The notes under the pieces: model-generated
Database searches by the model: none
Told to the model about the DNA's origin: nothing
The model's input: only the letters and a program-made list of their open reading frames with translations
Made by a program: the position numbers and the translations under genes
Origin: Eledone cirrhosa
Taxonomy: Eukaryota
Assembly: GCA_964016885.1 (NCBI GenBank)
Contig: OZ024765.1
Span: forward strand, 13,516,001-13,580,000
Direction: 5' to 3'
DNA: 64,000 nucleotides
Shown: positions 37,160 through 48,789 of the stretch, in pieces
Layout of the letters: each line of letters starts with the position of its first letter
Position numbering within the stretch: position 1 is the first letter of the stretch

Positions 37160-38913
37160 GCATACATACATATATACTTATATATACAGATATATATACA
37201 CACACACACACATATATATATATCTAGTAAATATGGTACATATGGTACATTCACCACAGCTGAACACATTGCTGTCCTTTCTCGTTAAACTCTGCCAAGT
37301 CTAATACTGTGCAGGGGTGTTCCAGCAGGGGGCATAACAGGAGGTGCTGTATAGTCTGTAGTTCCATGTTGCAATCACACAAAACGTCCCAATCCTTCAA
37401 ATATCCCCATTTTACAAGGTCGACTTTTGCATGTCCAACACCAGATTGTAGTTTGTTTAGGTATTTCCACACTGCGAGACAGTGAATTATGTAACATAAT
37501 TTTATGGTAATATTATGTAAACACATGTAACAGACTATTTCATGAAATAAATATTTCTTCAATTTTCATCAGATTTTGCCTAGTTTTTTCTTGTGCCATA
37601 TTCACTTTAACCCTTTAGCATTTACATTACTCTATATATACTATTATATTTTCGCAGTAAAGGTTTTACCCCACTTAATATCTCACATAACATTTACATT
37701 ACTCTATATATACTATTGTATTTTCACAGTAAATGTTTTACCCCACATAATATCTCACATAACATTTACATTACTCTATATATACTATTGTATTTTCACA
37801 GTAAAGATTTTACCCCCACATAATATCTCACTTAACATTTACATTACTCTATATATACTATTGTATTTTCACAGTAAATGTTTTACCCCACATAATATCT
37901 CACATAACATTTACATTACTCTATATATACTATTGTATTTTCACAGTAAAGGTTTTACCCCACATAATATCTCACATAACATTTACATTACTGTATATAT
38001 ACTATTATATTTTCGCAGTAAAGGTTTTACCCCACATAATATCTCACATAACATTTACATTACTGTATATATACTATTATATTTTCGCAGTAAAGGTTTT
38101 ACCCCACATAATATCTCACATAACATTTACATTACTGTATATATACTATTATATTTTCGCAGTAAAGGTTTTACCCCACATAATATCTCACATAACATTT
38201 ACATTACTGTATATATACTATTATATTTTCGCAGTAAAGGTTTTACCCCACATAATATCTCACATAACATTTACATTACTGTATATATACTATTATATTT
38301 TCGCAGTAAAGGTTTTACCCCACATAATATCTCACATAACATTTACATTACTCTATATATACTATTATATTTTCGCAGTAAAGGTTTTACCCCACATAAT
38401 ATCTCACATAACATTTACATTACTCTATATATACTATTGTATTTTCACAGTAAAGGTTTTACCCCACATAATATCTCACATAACATTTACATTACTCTAT
38501 ATATACTATTATATTTTCGCAGTAAAGGTTTTACCCCACATAATATCTCACATAACATTTACATTACTCTATATATACTATTGTATTGTCACAGTAAAGG
38601 TTTTACCCCACATAATATCTCACATAACATTTACATTACTCTATATATACTATTGTATTGTCACAGTAAAGGTTTTACCTCACATAATATCTCACATAAC
38701 ATCTCGTATACGAGAGACGTGTGTTGACGTGTGTGAACAAGCTCGGCTACCGAGTCGGATTTACTTACTCAAAAAGTGAGTTTTGATTAATTTTTTTATA
38801 CTGTAATATACGTTAACCCCTTGCCTTGGTCGTCAAACTTTGAGTTTATTTATTTTCGCCCCTTTTTGGGGCGAATTTTCCAGTTAAAAATTTATTACGG
38901 CAAACTAATAGAA

Positions 38914-40656
38914 ATGGACGGAATTTTCACATCTCATCCTAACGTGAAAGCCACGCCCCCTAAGAAAGGTGATACAGAGAAGCTAGAAGCACAAGGCTCT
39001 AAGTCTTCCCTCCTGACTTCTGCAAAAGAAACATGGAACACGGAATTAAAAGAAAAATTTGTAAAAATGGGTGAAAACCCAGAAAGTCACATAAACGCAG
39101 ACAAAAACAACAACGACAATAACAGCAATAGTCACAACACCAACCAAGGAAAAAATAACGATAACACCAAACAAAGCGAACCCACTACTGGTGCCTCCTT
39201 TGCACAGGCGGTCCGGAAAACACAAACCTGCAAGCAACTGGACATTACAACTCTGAGAGAAAAGATGAAGGAAGCGAAACAGTATGTAACTTTCAAAGAA
39301 GGAGGAGACTTCACAATCACCTCCCCACAAGAAATCAAAAGAGACACGACGCTAAGAACGATATCTTTCAGAACAATTTCCAACATAACAAGGAAACCAA
39401 CTCAATTATCCCAAAAAGAGATTGAGCTGGTCCTAAAAAATGTGTGGAGTGATATATCGTTCATACAAAAAGGGCCACTCTATGGGAATATAACGGTCCT
39501 AATGAAGGATCAATTGACGGCCAGGAAATACTCTGTGGCACCAATTGTTTCCAAGCTACATACATTTTTCCCCACATATTTAGGGAAAAGAACGCAGAAG
39601 ATAAGGGTCTCCGGAATCCGGCCAAATGCATGCATTTCCTGGGTACTAACAGGATTTTTAGAAGACGAGGACGGAATCCTCTCAGTAGGAGAAGTCACCA
39701 CAGACGTTTTCGGCGGTTTGAGCGTGGAGGTTCTGGTCCAAATGAGACCAGAACGAATAGCTAGAATACCACAGAGGGTGTCCCTCGATGGAGAAACATT
39801 TATATATATTTCAGCCGAGGGTAGGAGGCCCATATGTTACTACTGTTCAAGCAGGGGTCATCTAAGGGCTGCTTGTCCTCAATTGACAAAAAAAAAGGCT
39901 CTTTTGCCTACACCCCACACACCACCACCGCCACCACCACCACCACCACCACCTCCACCACCACCACCACAACAACAACAAAAACAACAGGGAAAAATAA
40001 CACAAGACACGGCCCCACCCAAAACAACTCCCAAAACACACACAAATACAACAAAACCCCAAAATACACCACTACCGGACAGCACGGACGAGGACCCAGC
40101 GGAAACGGCACCTAGTGACGAAGAGGGGGAACCCTTCCAACCTGTAAAAAGGAAAAAAAGAAAGCACCACTCGAACATAAACGAAACAAACACACAACCA
40201 CCAACAAAAACAAAACAAACAGAACAAACAAAATCCGCCCCACCCCAAAACATAACACATACAACAAAACGTAAGCACACACAAGAACAACAAACAAACA
40301 CAACACAAATAAAACAGTATACATACATTAACACAAATAACAAAGAACTAGTAAAAACAATACACAAAGACCCTTTGGTGGAAACTGAAGGGCAATTCTT
40401 TGCAAGCGCGGCCAACAAACCGCATTTAAAAATGATAAGACTCCCAATGGACACCTATGCAAAACTAAGAGAGAACTTTCCTGAGGACGTGGGGAAAACA
40501 TGTACTCGACCCTATAACCGCGTCCTCTTGAAACGTTTCCCCACCCACACCTCACCAAACACCCCCACTCCACCACAGAACAACACCCCACCAAACAACC
40601 CCTCCAATACGCCCATGGATATTGTGCAACCTGCTCCTCAGGAGCCGAACAGGTAG
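38914..40656 (+). CDS. ORF1 (Gag-like RNA-binding protein with a zinc knuckle), 580 aa
   Basis: First ATG at 38914; SFAQAV motif; CYYCSSRGHLRAAC (CX2CX4HX4C); poly-Pro tract; basic VKRKKRK stretch. Confidence 0.88.
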   Translation: MDGIFTSHPNVKATPPKKGDTEKLEAQGSKSSLLTSAKETWNTELKEKFVKMGENPESHINADKNNNDNNSNSHNTNQGKNNDNTKQSEPTTGASFAQAVRKTQTCKQLDITTLREKMKEAKQYVTFKEGGDFTITSPQEIKRDTTLRTISFRTISNITRKPTQLSQKEIELVLKNVWSDISFIQKGPLYGNITVLMKDQLTARKYSVAPIVSKLHTFFPTYLGKRTQKIRVSGIRPNACISWVLTGFLEDEDGILSVGEVTTDVFGGLSVEVLVQMRPERIARIPQRVSLDGETFIYISAEGRRPICYYCSSRGHLRAACPQLTKKKALLPTPHTPPPPPPPPPPPPPPPPQQQQKQQGKITQDTAPPKTTPKTHTNTTKPQNTPLPDSTDEDPAETAPSDEEGEPFQPVKRKKRKHHSNINETNTQPPTKTKQTEQTKSAPPQNITHTTKRKHTQEQQTNTTQIKQYTYINTNNKELVKTIHKDPLVETEGQFFASAANKPHLKMIRLPMDTYAKLRENFPEDVGKTCTRPYNRVLLKRFPTHTSPNTPTPPQNNTPPNNPSNTPMDIVQPAPQEPNR

Positions 40657-40677
40657 GTCCTTCCTCTTTTAACCAAC

Positions 40678-43600
40678 ATGGCTGATATAAGAGTTGGGTG
40701 TCTGAATGTACGTGGCCTGGGACTGTCTTGGAAACAAGGCAAACTTTTAAACGATCTCAGGTCGCACAGAATGGATGTAATGGCTATTTGCGAGTCCAGG
40801 ATCAGCAGCGAGCACCAACTGGCGCCCCTCTTCGACGACTTTGAGATCTTCGCATCTCTCTGTCAACCGGGGGGTGGGGGTGGAGTTGTTCTGCTGCGAA
40901 AACATCTGGGCCTCGCCATACAGAAGGTGCACCTGGACCCGGAGGGTCGACTGGTGGTTTTAGACGTCGGCAGTAGTGAAAGTGGAGCCCTTAGACTAAT
41001 AGCTGTGTACGCCCCTTTTTGGGCAGCGCGGCCGGAATACTTCCAACGTCTGGAAACTTTTCTGGGAACGTCCCGCTCCTTGCTTTTAGTGGGGGACTGG
41101 AATGGTATCCTGGATGCACGTTGGGACTATGTAGGGGCATGTGCCAATAGAGGGGGGTGTAAAAGCCTCAAAAGGTTAATCGGCCGATTTGACCTGGCCG
41201 ATAGATATCGACTAGATTTTCCGACTGTACCACTATGGAGGTGGACCAATCGCAGTGGAACATCTAGGTCGTACCTAGATAGGGTCCTAGTTAGAGAGAA
41301 CGATAGGGACACATTTAGCTGTCCAAAAATGTTCATGGTTGACTATTCGGATCACAAGTTAGTGACCTGCATAGCCAACCTTGATAGAACCCATAGACAG
41401 GGACCCGGTTACTGGAAGCTGAACTTGTCCTTACCGAGAAGCAAAGCTTACAGTAAACGGATTAGCACGTTAGTTAAGCAGAGTTTGACAGGGGCAATTG
41501 TCAACAACAGGTGGTGGAGCTCTCTTAAGAGAGCAATTAGAATAGAATCGATAGGTTTTAGTCAGGAATTAGCAAGGGATAGGAACAAGACGGAAAGGGA
41601 ATTAGTAGATAGAGTAGAAGAGGCGATTAGGAGTGGCAATGTAGCCGGCGTGCTGGCATCAAGAATGGCCTTAGACCAGTTCTTTGAGGTGAAGCATGAA
41701 GGCTGCGTTGTCAGGAGTAAAATACGTGCTCTGGGTAATGAGGGAGCCAAAGCTGTGAGCTGGGCCCGAGTGACAGAGGCAAAAAGTGGGAACAAGTCCA
41801 CGATTCGGTCTTTGAAGGACCAGGATGGGCGTGTGATCCTTGAACCTGGGCAGATGTGTGCGGCCTTTCAGCGGCACTTTGCACGACTGTTCGAGAGGGG
41901 CGGCGCGCCGGGTGAGACTATGGATTTCAATCCATACCTCGACGGTCTGCCGCGCCTCTCGGACGCGGAGGCGAAGTCCTGCGAAAGGACGATTTCAGCT
42001 GCTGAGATAGGGGCGGCGCTGAGCCAATGCGGCAAACGCAAATCCCCGGGTCTCGATGGTCTACCATACGAGCTATATGTAGCGATGCCGGACTTGTTCT
42101 CCGATATCCTCGAAGCGGTCTACTGCAACTGGCAGCAGAACGGGAGAATTCCCAGTTCTGTGACCAAGGGCGTAGTTACGGTGGTGAGGAAGGATGAGAA
42201 CAAGGGGGATGACATAAGTAACTTCAGGCCCATAACTCTGCTAAATACAGAGTTAAAGATTTTGGCCAAGGTGTTAGCGAAGAGGTTGGCGCTTGTCGTT
42301 GGAAACCTGGTGGGAGAAGCGCAGACATGCGCAATCCCGTCCAGGTCCATTCACGACAATCTCCACCTTATGCGATACATCATAGAGAGGGTAGGGAATG
42401 AACCCGGCTTTGGTGGGGCCCTGATCAACTTGGATCAATCTAAAGCTTTCGATAGGGTTGACCATCGTTACCTGGATGCGGTGCTCGCGGCGGCAGGCTT
42501 CGGACCCGTTTTCAGGGGTTGGATTGCTGCGATGCACAGCAGCAACGTCTGCTCAAGGGTCAAGGTGAACGGCCACCTCTCGGAGCCGTTCCAAATCATG
42601 CGATCCATCCGACAGGGATGCCCTCTCTCCTCCCTACTGTATGTGCTGGCTCTTGAGCCACTACTGCGGAAGTTGGAGCGGTTGCAGGGCATCCCTTTGG
42701 AACCGGGATTGCAGAAAGCGGCGTCGGCCTACGCCGATGACGTGACAGTAATGGTGTCGAAAACCTCGCAAATCGGTGAGATCGGCACCTTACTGGAGGA
42801 ATATGAAAGGTTTACAGGAGCCAAGTTGAACCGGGACAAGTCCGTCGGTTTGCAACTCGGAACATGGAGAGGCAAACCGATGCCCTCCAACGACGTCGTT
42901 GGACGCTGGACGGAGGGCCCGGTGAAGCTGCTTGGGGTCTGGTTCGGACCAGACCTCCAGGTGGAGAAAAACTGGAACGAGGTAACGGCCAGGGTGTTTG
43001 CACTCACCCAGAAGTGGGCCCAGTGCAAACTATCCCTGAAAGGTCGAGCGGAGGTGGCGAATACTTATATAGCATCCGTCATCTACTACCGCTTGACCGT
43101 CGTGCCTTGCCCAGTGAAAAGACTCGCCAAAATGGAGTGCGCGCTATTCCAATTTCTTTGGAACAAGCGGACCCCTTTGGTGAGGAGATCCATCTGCTGT
43201 CAACACCCTTCGAAAGGAGGGCTGGGGATGCCGTGGCTACAGATGCGTAAACACGCATTAAGGCTACGGCACCTCCAGGTATTCCTCACCGGTCAACCGG
43301 TGTGGGCCCCGTTTGTGAGGCGAGCCTTTCCCAGACTCGTCTCGCTCACCGAGCTGCAATCCTGGGTCAAGCAAAGACCGAGAAAAGTGGGCGACTGGCA
43401 CATTGAATGTGCCCAGGCACTCACGGCCCTCTGGAAAGCGGACCCGGCAATCAGTGGAGACTCCACGTCGACATTCTATAGAGGGTTGGTACGCAGCAGG
43501 TGCGACGATGCTCTCGGAGAAGCTCTAGGCATGGAGGAAGATGAACTGGCCAGTCTGTTCGGTAGGACGTTTGGCCCTGGACCGATGGACAACTTCCAAA

Positions 43601-44001
43601 AGTCCCTGGCTTGGCAGTGCTACCGAGGGGCTCTACCCGTTCGAGACAAGCTCCACAGGCATGGGAGCCTGGGTAGAGATCCTTTGAATAAGATCTGTCC
43701 GAGATGCGTGCATGATGACGAAACCGTTGCGCACGCATTCGTACACTGCCCAGGCATTGCTGACCTGTGGGGCTATGTGGAACGACTACTGTCGAGGGTG
43801 GGACCAATCCGGTTGACCACCGAGTCCATTGTCACGATCAAACCGCCTCCCCCTTTCAAAAACGAAGGAGAGGCGGTTTTTCTCTGTGTGGTAGCCATGG
43901 CTAAAGAAGTTGTATGGTGGACGAGGCTGAAAGGGCTGAGGTCAGACACCTTTCTCTCCGGCCAACAACTGGTCCCCTTTTTCAAATACCATTTTAAATG
44001 A
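40678..44001 (+). CDS. ORF2: APE endonuclease, reverse transcriptase and C-terminal Cys-His domain
   Basis: APE motifs GCLNVRG, VYAP, GDWN, SYLDR, YSDH. RT motifs KSPGLDG, FRPITLLN, LDQSKAFDRVDH, RQGCPLS, YADD. C-terminal CPRC..HAFVHC. The frame continues past the TGA to a TAG ending at 44112. Confidence 0.95.
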   Translation: MADIRVGCLNVRGLGLSWKQGKLLNDLRSHRMDVMAICESRISSEHQLAPLFDDFEIFASLCQPGGGGGVVLLRKHLGLAIQKVHLDPEGRLVVLDVGSSESGALRLIAVYAPFWAARPEYFQRLETFLGTSRSLLLVGDWNGILDARWDYVGACANRGGCKSLKRLIGRFDLADRYRLDFPTVPLWRWTNRSGTSRSYLDRVLVRENDRDTFSCPKMFMVDYSDHKLVTCIANLDRTHRQGPGYWKLNLSLPRSKAYSKRISTLVKQSLTGAIVNNRWWSSLKRAIRIESIGFSQELARDRNKTERELVDRVEEAIRSGNVAGVLASRMALDQFFEVKHEGCVVRSKIRALGNEGAKAVSWARVTEAKSGNKSTIRSLKDQDGRVILEPGQMCAAFQRHFARLFERGGAPGETMDFNPYLDGLPRLSDAEAKSCERTISAAEIGAALSQCGKRKSPGLDGLPYELYVAMPDLFSDILEAVYCNWQQNGRIPSSVTKGVVTVVRKDENKGDDISNFRPITLLNTELKILAKVLAKRLALVVGNLVGEAQTCAIPSRSIHDNLHLMRYIIERVGNEPGFGGALINLDQSKAFDRVDHRYLDAVLAAAGFGPVFRGWIAAMHSSNVCSRVKVNGHLSEPFQIMRSIRQGCPLSSLLYVLALEPLLRKLERLQGIPLEPGLQKAASAYADDVTVMVSKTSQIGEIGTLLEEYERFTGAKLNRDKSVGLQLGTWRGKPMPSNDVVGRWTEGPVKLLGVWFGPDLQVEKNWNEVTARVFALTQKWAQCKLSLKGRAEVANTYIASVIYYRLTVVPCPVKRLAKMECALFQFLWNKRTPLVRRSICCQHPSKGGLGMPWLQMRKHALRLRHLQVFLTGQPVWAPFVRRAFPRLVSLTELQSWVKQRPRKVGDWHIECAQALTALWKADPAISGDSTSTFYRGLVRSRCDDALGEALGMEEDELASLFGRTFGPGPMDNFQKSLAWQCYRGALPVRDKLHRHGSLGRDPLNKICPRCVHDDETVAHAFVHCPGIADLWGYVERLLSRVGPIRLTTESIVTIKPPPPFKNEGEAVFLCVVAMAKEVVWWTRLKGLRSDTFLSGQQLVPFFKYHFK

Positions 44002-46397
44002 AGGATCAGAATGGAGAGAGAGGTGCTCTACCCCAGCAAGTTTTATGAAAGGTGGGTGAAAGTAGGGAGAATGGCCAGAGTGAATGGGTCTTCTCTCTAT
44101 ATCAGCCTGTAGGTGAAAGAAGAGGAAAAAGAGGAGACGAGGGAAGCACCTACTCTTTGTGCTCCTGAGGAGAAGGGTTACACATTTTTTCCGGGGTGTG
44201 TGCGACCCATGTTAATGCCCCCTCCCTATTGAGGACTTCGTTTGTTGTTGTTATTTCATTGTTATATTTTTGTACTCGTTAATTATATGTAAACTTCCCC
44301 CCTTGTATCTGTCCCTACCTTTTGTGCCCTAGTGGCAAATAAAGAAACCACTCTATATATACTATTGTATTTTCACAGTAAAGGTTTTACCCCACATAAT
44401 ATCTCACATAACATTTACATTACTCTATATATACTATTGTATTTTCACAGTAAAGGCTTTACCTCACATAATATCTCACATAACATTTACATTACTCTAT
44501 ATATACTATTGTATTTTCACAGTAAAGGTTTTACTCCACATAATATCTCACATAACATTTACATTACTCTATATATACTATTGTATTTTCACAGTAAAGG
44601 TTTTACCCCACATAATATCTCACATAACATTTACATTACTCTATATATACTATTGTATTTTCACAGTAAAGGCTTTACCTCACATAATATCTCACATAAC
44701 ATTTACATTACTCTATATATACTATTGTATTTTCACAGTAAAGGTTTTACCCCAAATAATATCTCACATAACATTTACATTACTCTATATATACTATTGT
44801 ATTTTCACAGTAAAGGCTTTACCTCACATAATATCTCACATAACATTTACATTACTCTATATATACTATTGTATTTTATTGGTAAAATCTCACATAATAT
44901 CGAATCTATGAGATTTTGATATAATTTATTTTGAGAACAATACCTTATCATCAGTATGAGCAGCCAGTTATGGCTGGTTTGAACAAAAAAGGGTAAGAAA
45001 ATTCTGGCCAGATATGGCTGGTTTAAATGCTAAAGGGTTAAATTACTCTGTGAAATCTCCTTGGAACCTATGTGCCACACTCAATGGCACCTTTCGTATC
45101 ATCAAGATACTTATGTTACACAACTCCAGTATCCATGTTGAGCACAATTAACTGGTAAGTATATTTGAATATATCAAAAACTAATGAAAGAGGTTTGACC
45201 ATGGATCAGACGAAGGAAGCAATGCTTCCATTGCTCATAGTACCTGTCTGTTGGTCAATACTATTGACAGAAATATCATAACTCTCAACAGAAGCATCAC
45301 AACTCCTAGCATAAACATCACAAATCCTAGCATAAACATCACAACTCCTAGCATAAACATCACAACTCCTGGTAAAAGCATCACAACTTCTGATTGAAGC
45401 CTCACAACTTCTGATTGAAGCCTCACAACTTCTGATTGAAGCCTCACAACTCCTGATTGAAGCCTCATAACTCCTGACAGAAGTATCACAACTCCTCACA
45501 GATGAGTCACAACTTCTACAGAAATCTCACAACTCCTGACAAGAGTTTCACAATTCCGGACAGAAGCTTCACAACTCCTAACTGAAGCTTCACAACTCCT
45601 GACAGAAGCTTCACAACTCCTGACAGAATTTCACAACTCCTGACAGAAGCTTCACAACTTCTGACAGAAGCTTCACAACTCCTGACAGAAGCTTCACAAC
45701 TCCTGACAGAAGCTTCACAACTCCTGACAGAAGCTTCACAACTCCTAACTGAAGATTCACAACTCCTGACAGAAGCTTCACAACTCCTAACTGAAGCTTC
45801 ACAACTCCTAACTGAAGCTTCACAACTCCTGACAGAAGCTTCACCACTCCTAACTAAAGCTTCACAATTCCTGACAGAAGCTTTACAACTCCTGACAGAA
45901 GCTTCACAACTCTTGACAGAAGCTTCACAACTCCTGACAGAAGCTTCACAACTCCTAACTGAAGCTTCACAACTCCTAACTGAAGCTTCACAATTCTTGA
46001 CAGAAGCTTCACAACTTCTGACAGAAGCTTCACAACTCCTGACAGAAGCTTCACAACTCCTGACAGAAGCTTTACAACACCTGACAGAAGCTTCACAACT
46101 CCTAACTGAAGCTTCACAACTCCTGACAGAAGCTTCACAACTCCTAACTAAAGCTTCACAACTCCTGACACAAACTTCACAACTCCTAACTGAAGCTTCA
46201 CAATTCCTGACAGAAGCTTCACAACTTCTAACAGAAGCTTCACAACTCCTGACAGAATCTTCACAACTCCTAACTGAAGCTTCACAACTCCTGACAGAAG
46301 CTTCACAACTACTGACTGAAGCTTCACAACTTTGATAGAAGTGTCACCATTCCTTTGAACATGCCAAACAGAGAATTAAGTAGAAAAAAAAACTTAC

Positions 46398-46527
46398 TTT
46401 CAAAACATCCAATAACTGTCAAAGAGACATCCATTGGTTTATCAGAGACTGTTGATTGGAAATTGATCTTGATCTCGTTTGAACTGGTTCCTTCTGGTAT
46501 GGTAGCAGTTTCATTGGCTTTGAATGT
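46398..46527 (-). CDS. Duplicate of exon B
   Basis: Identical splice sites and reading frame (offset 17,885 from 28513-28642). Confidence 0.75.
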
Positions 46528-47446
46528 CTATTGAAAAAAGAATACATGACATAGGAATACAGATTATATATATCTTGAGCTGACTTTTGGGAGGCCCCCA
46601 TACAGCTCTGAGTTCTTCATCTTCAGTGTATACTGATTAATGTTCAGAGCCATCCTCAGCATTCTCGTGTAGCACCCATCCACCATCTGAGTGAGTTTCT
46701 TGGTCAGTGTCCAAGTCTCAGACCTGTACAACAACACAGACTCCACTACAGCAGGACATGCTCACCGACATCCAGAGTTGACACTGCATTCAGTGCTCCT
46801 GTGGGAGCCCCTGCATGGACACACTGGAAGGCGAAGACCGAGGTTAACATATATGTTGATGCCCTAAGGACAGACACTGGTCTCTTCCAGAGGCAAGACA
46901 TGGCAGCAATAATGAGGGACAGAGACCGCTGGAGAGAACTTGTCCATGGATCTTTGGAATTTTACTTCCTGATGATTTCTCCGGAATGAAACAGTTCAGT
47001 CTTGTGTAAGCCTTTCTATATTAAATATATATATATGTTAAGTATTTCCGTGGAAAAGGTACAGAGCTATTTAATTATGTAATAAACAGCACAATATAAT
47101 TATTCCATTACCCAAGGTTTCACGAAGTCAGACGATTCTAACAGAGGTGTCTGTTAGAAATCCTGGGTCATGGAATAATTATATTGTATTGTTTATTACA
47201 TAAAATAAAAAAATATATATATGTCTAACCCATGCTAGCGTGGAAGATGGACGTTAAACTATGATGAGGATGATGATGATATATATATATATATAATTAT
47301 CAACAATAGTAATAAATGGAAAATATCACATCACCTGGTCCAAGAATCGAACTCACAACCTTTCAATTGCAAGCTCAATGCTCTAACCACTAAGCCATGT
47401 GCCTTCACATTATTCATAGAAATCAATAAATATCCATATGACTCAC

Positions 47447-47709
47447 CCGAATTATGTTGGAATTAGCATTCCGAAAAATTAAAACAAATTTTGCCACATT
47501 TTTATGTTTTCGCAAAATTATTTTGGCTCCATATTTCAAAATCCCTTTCTTAATTTTCACTATAACTTGTGATGAAACAAAGGGTTGTAATTTCCACCCT
47601 GGTCCTGTTGGTCGTATCAGTTTAGGAGATTCCAAAGTCGATAATTGGATACTGGAATCTGGGATATATTCCTTCTTTGTCATTCCATCGACAAATCGAC
47701 ATTTTCCAA
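47447..47709 (-). CDS. Duplicate of exon A
   Basis: Identical splice sites; the one difference noticed is synonymous (GTC/GTT, Val). Confidence 0.75.
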
Positions 47710-47743
47710 CTAAAAATATAAAATAAACAATAAAAAATATTAA

Positions 47744-48573
47744 CCCTTTAGCATTTACATTACTCTATATTTACTATTGTATTTTCATAGTAAAGGCTTT
47801 ACCTCACATAAGATTTACATTACTCTATATATACTATTGTATTTTCACAGTAAAGGCTTTACCTCACATAATATCTCACGTAACATTTACATTACTCTAT
47901 ATATATTATTGTATTTTCATGGTAAAGGCTTTACCTCACATAAGATTTACATTACTCTATATATACTATTGTATTTTCACAGTAAAGGCTTTACCTCACA
48001 TAATATCTCACATAACATTTACATTACTCTATATATATTATTGTATTTTCATGGTAAAGGCTTTACCTCACATAAGATTTACATTACTCTATATATACTA
48101 TTGTATTTTCACAGTAAAGGCTTTACCTCACAGAATATCTCACATAACATTTACATTACTCTATATATACTATTGTATTTTCACAATAAAGGCTTGACCT
48201 CACAGAATATCTCACATAACATTTACATTACTCTATATATACTATTGTATTTTCACAGTAAAGGCTTTACCTCACAGAATATCTCACATAACATTTACAT
48301 TACTCTATATAAACTATTGTATTTTCACAGTAAAGGCTTTACCTCACAGAATATCTCACATAACATTTACATTACTCTATATAAACTATTGTATTTTCAC
48401 AGTAAAGGCTTTATTTCACATGATATCGCACATAATATTGAATCTATGAGATTTTGATATTATTTATTTTGAGAACAATACCTTAACATCAGTATGAATG
48501 GCCAGTTACGGCTGGTGGAACAGAAAGAGGTGTGAGTTTCTGGCCGGATATGGCTGGTTTAAATGCTAAAGGG
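47744..48573. mobile_element. piggyBac-like MITE (paralog of 29859-30268) with the array expanded to ~10 units
   Basis: Same TIRs and TTAA TSDs, with a longer internal array. Confidence 0.85.
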
Positions 48574-48789
48574 TTAAAGAATAAAGGATGTTTGGAGTGA
48601 GATGATCGGAGTTTGGAATTAAAATAGAAGATCTCCTGTAGCATTTTGATTAAATAATTGTTTCTACTGTTGGCACAAGTCCAGCAATTACCCCAGTGCA
48701 TTACTGGTACTTTATTTTATCGATCACGTAAGGATGAAAGGCAAAGCTAACCGTGGCAGGATTTGAACACAGAACGCAAAGGGCCATAA

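Larger units (their letters stand above)
38703..44349 (+). mobile_element. Near-intact full-length non-LTR retrotransposon, L1 group (Tx1 clade)
   Basis: 5' UTR, ORF1, ORF2 and a 3' UTR ending AATAAAGAAACC. Boundaries are defined by the interruption of the 72-bp array and by the empty paralogous site. Confidence 0.92.
37611..45037. mobile_element. piggyBac-like MITE (paralog of 25941-27295) split by the Tx1-clade insertion
   Basis: TIRs and TTAA TSDs at 37607-37624 and 45024-45041; 72-bp arrays at ~37620-38702 and ~44350-44900. Confidence 0.85.

Noticed and set aside
38821-38913. N-terminal extension of Tx1 ORF1
   Set aside because: It starts at TTG in the T-rich 5' UTR; the first ATG is at 38914.
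45913-46335. Heptad LTEASQL / RSCEASV ORFs resembling a coiled coil
   Set aside because: A 21-bp minisatellite with frameshifts that differ between paralogs and no convincing splice sites.
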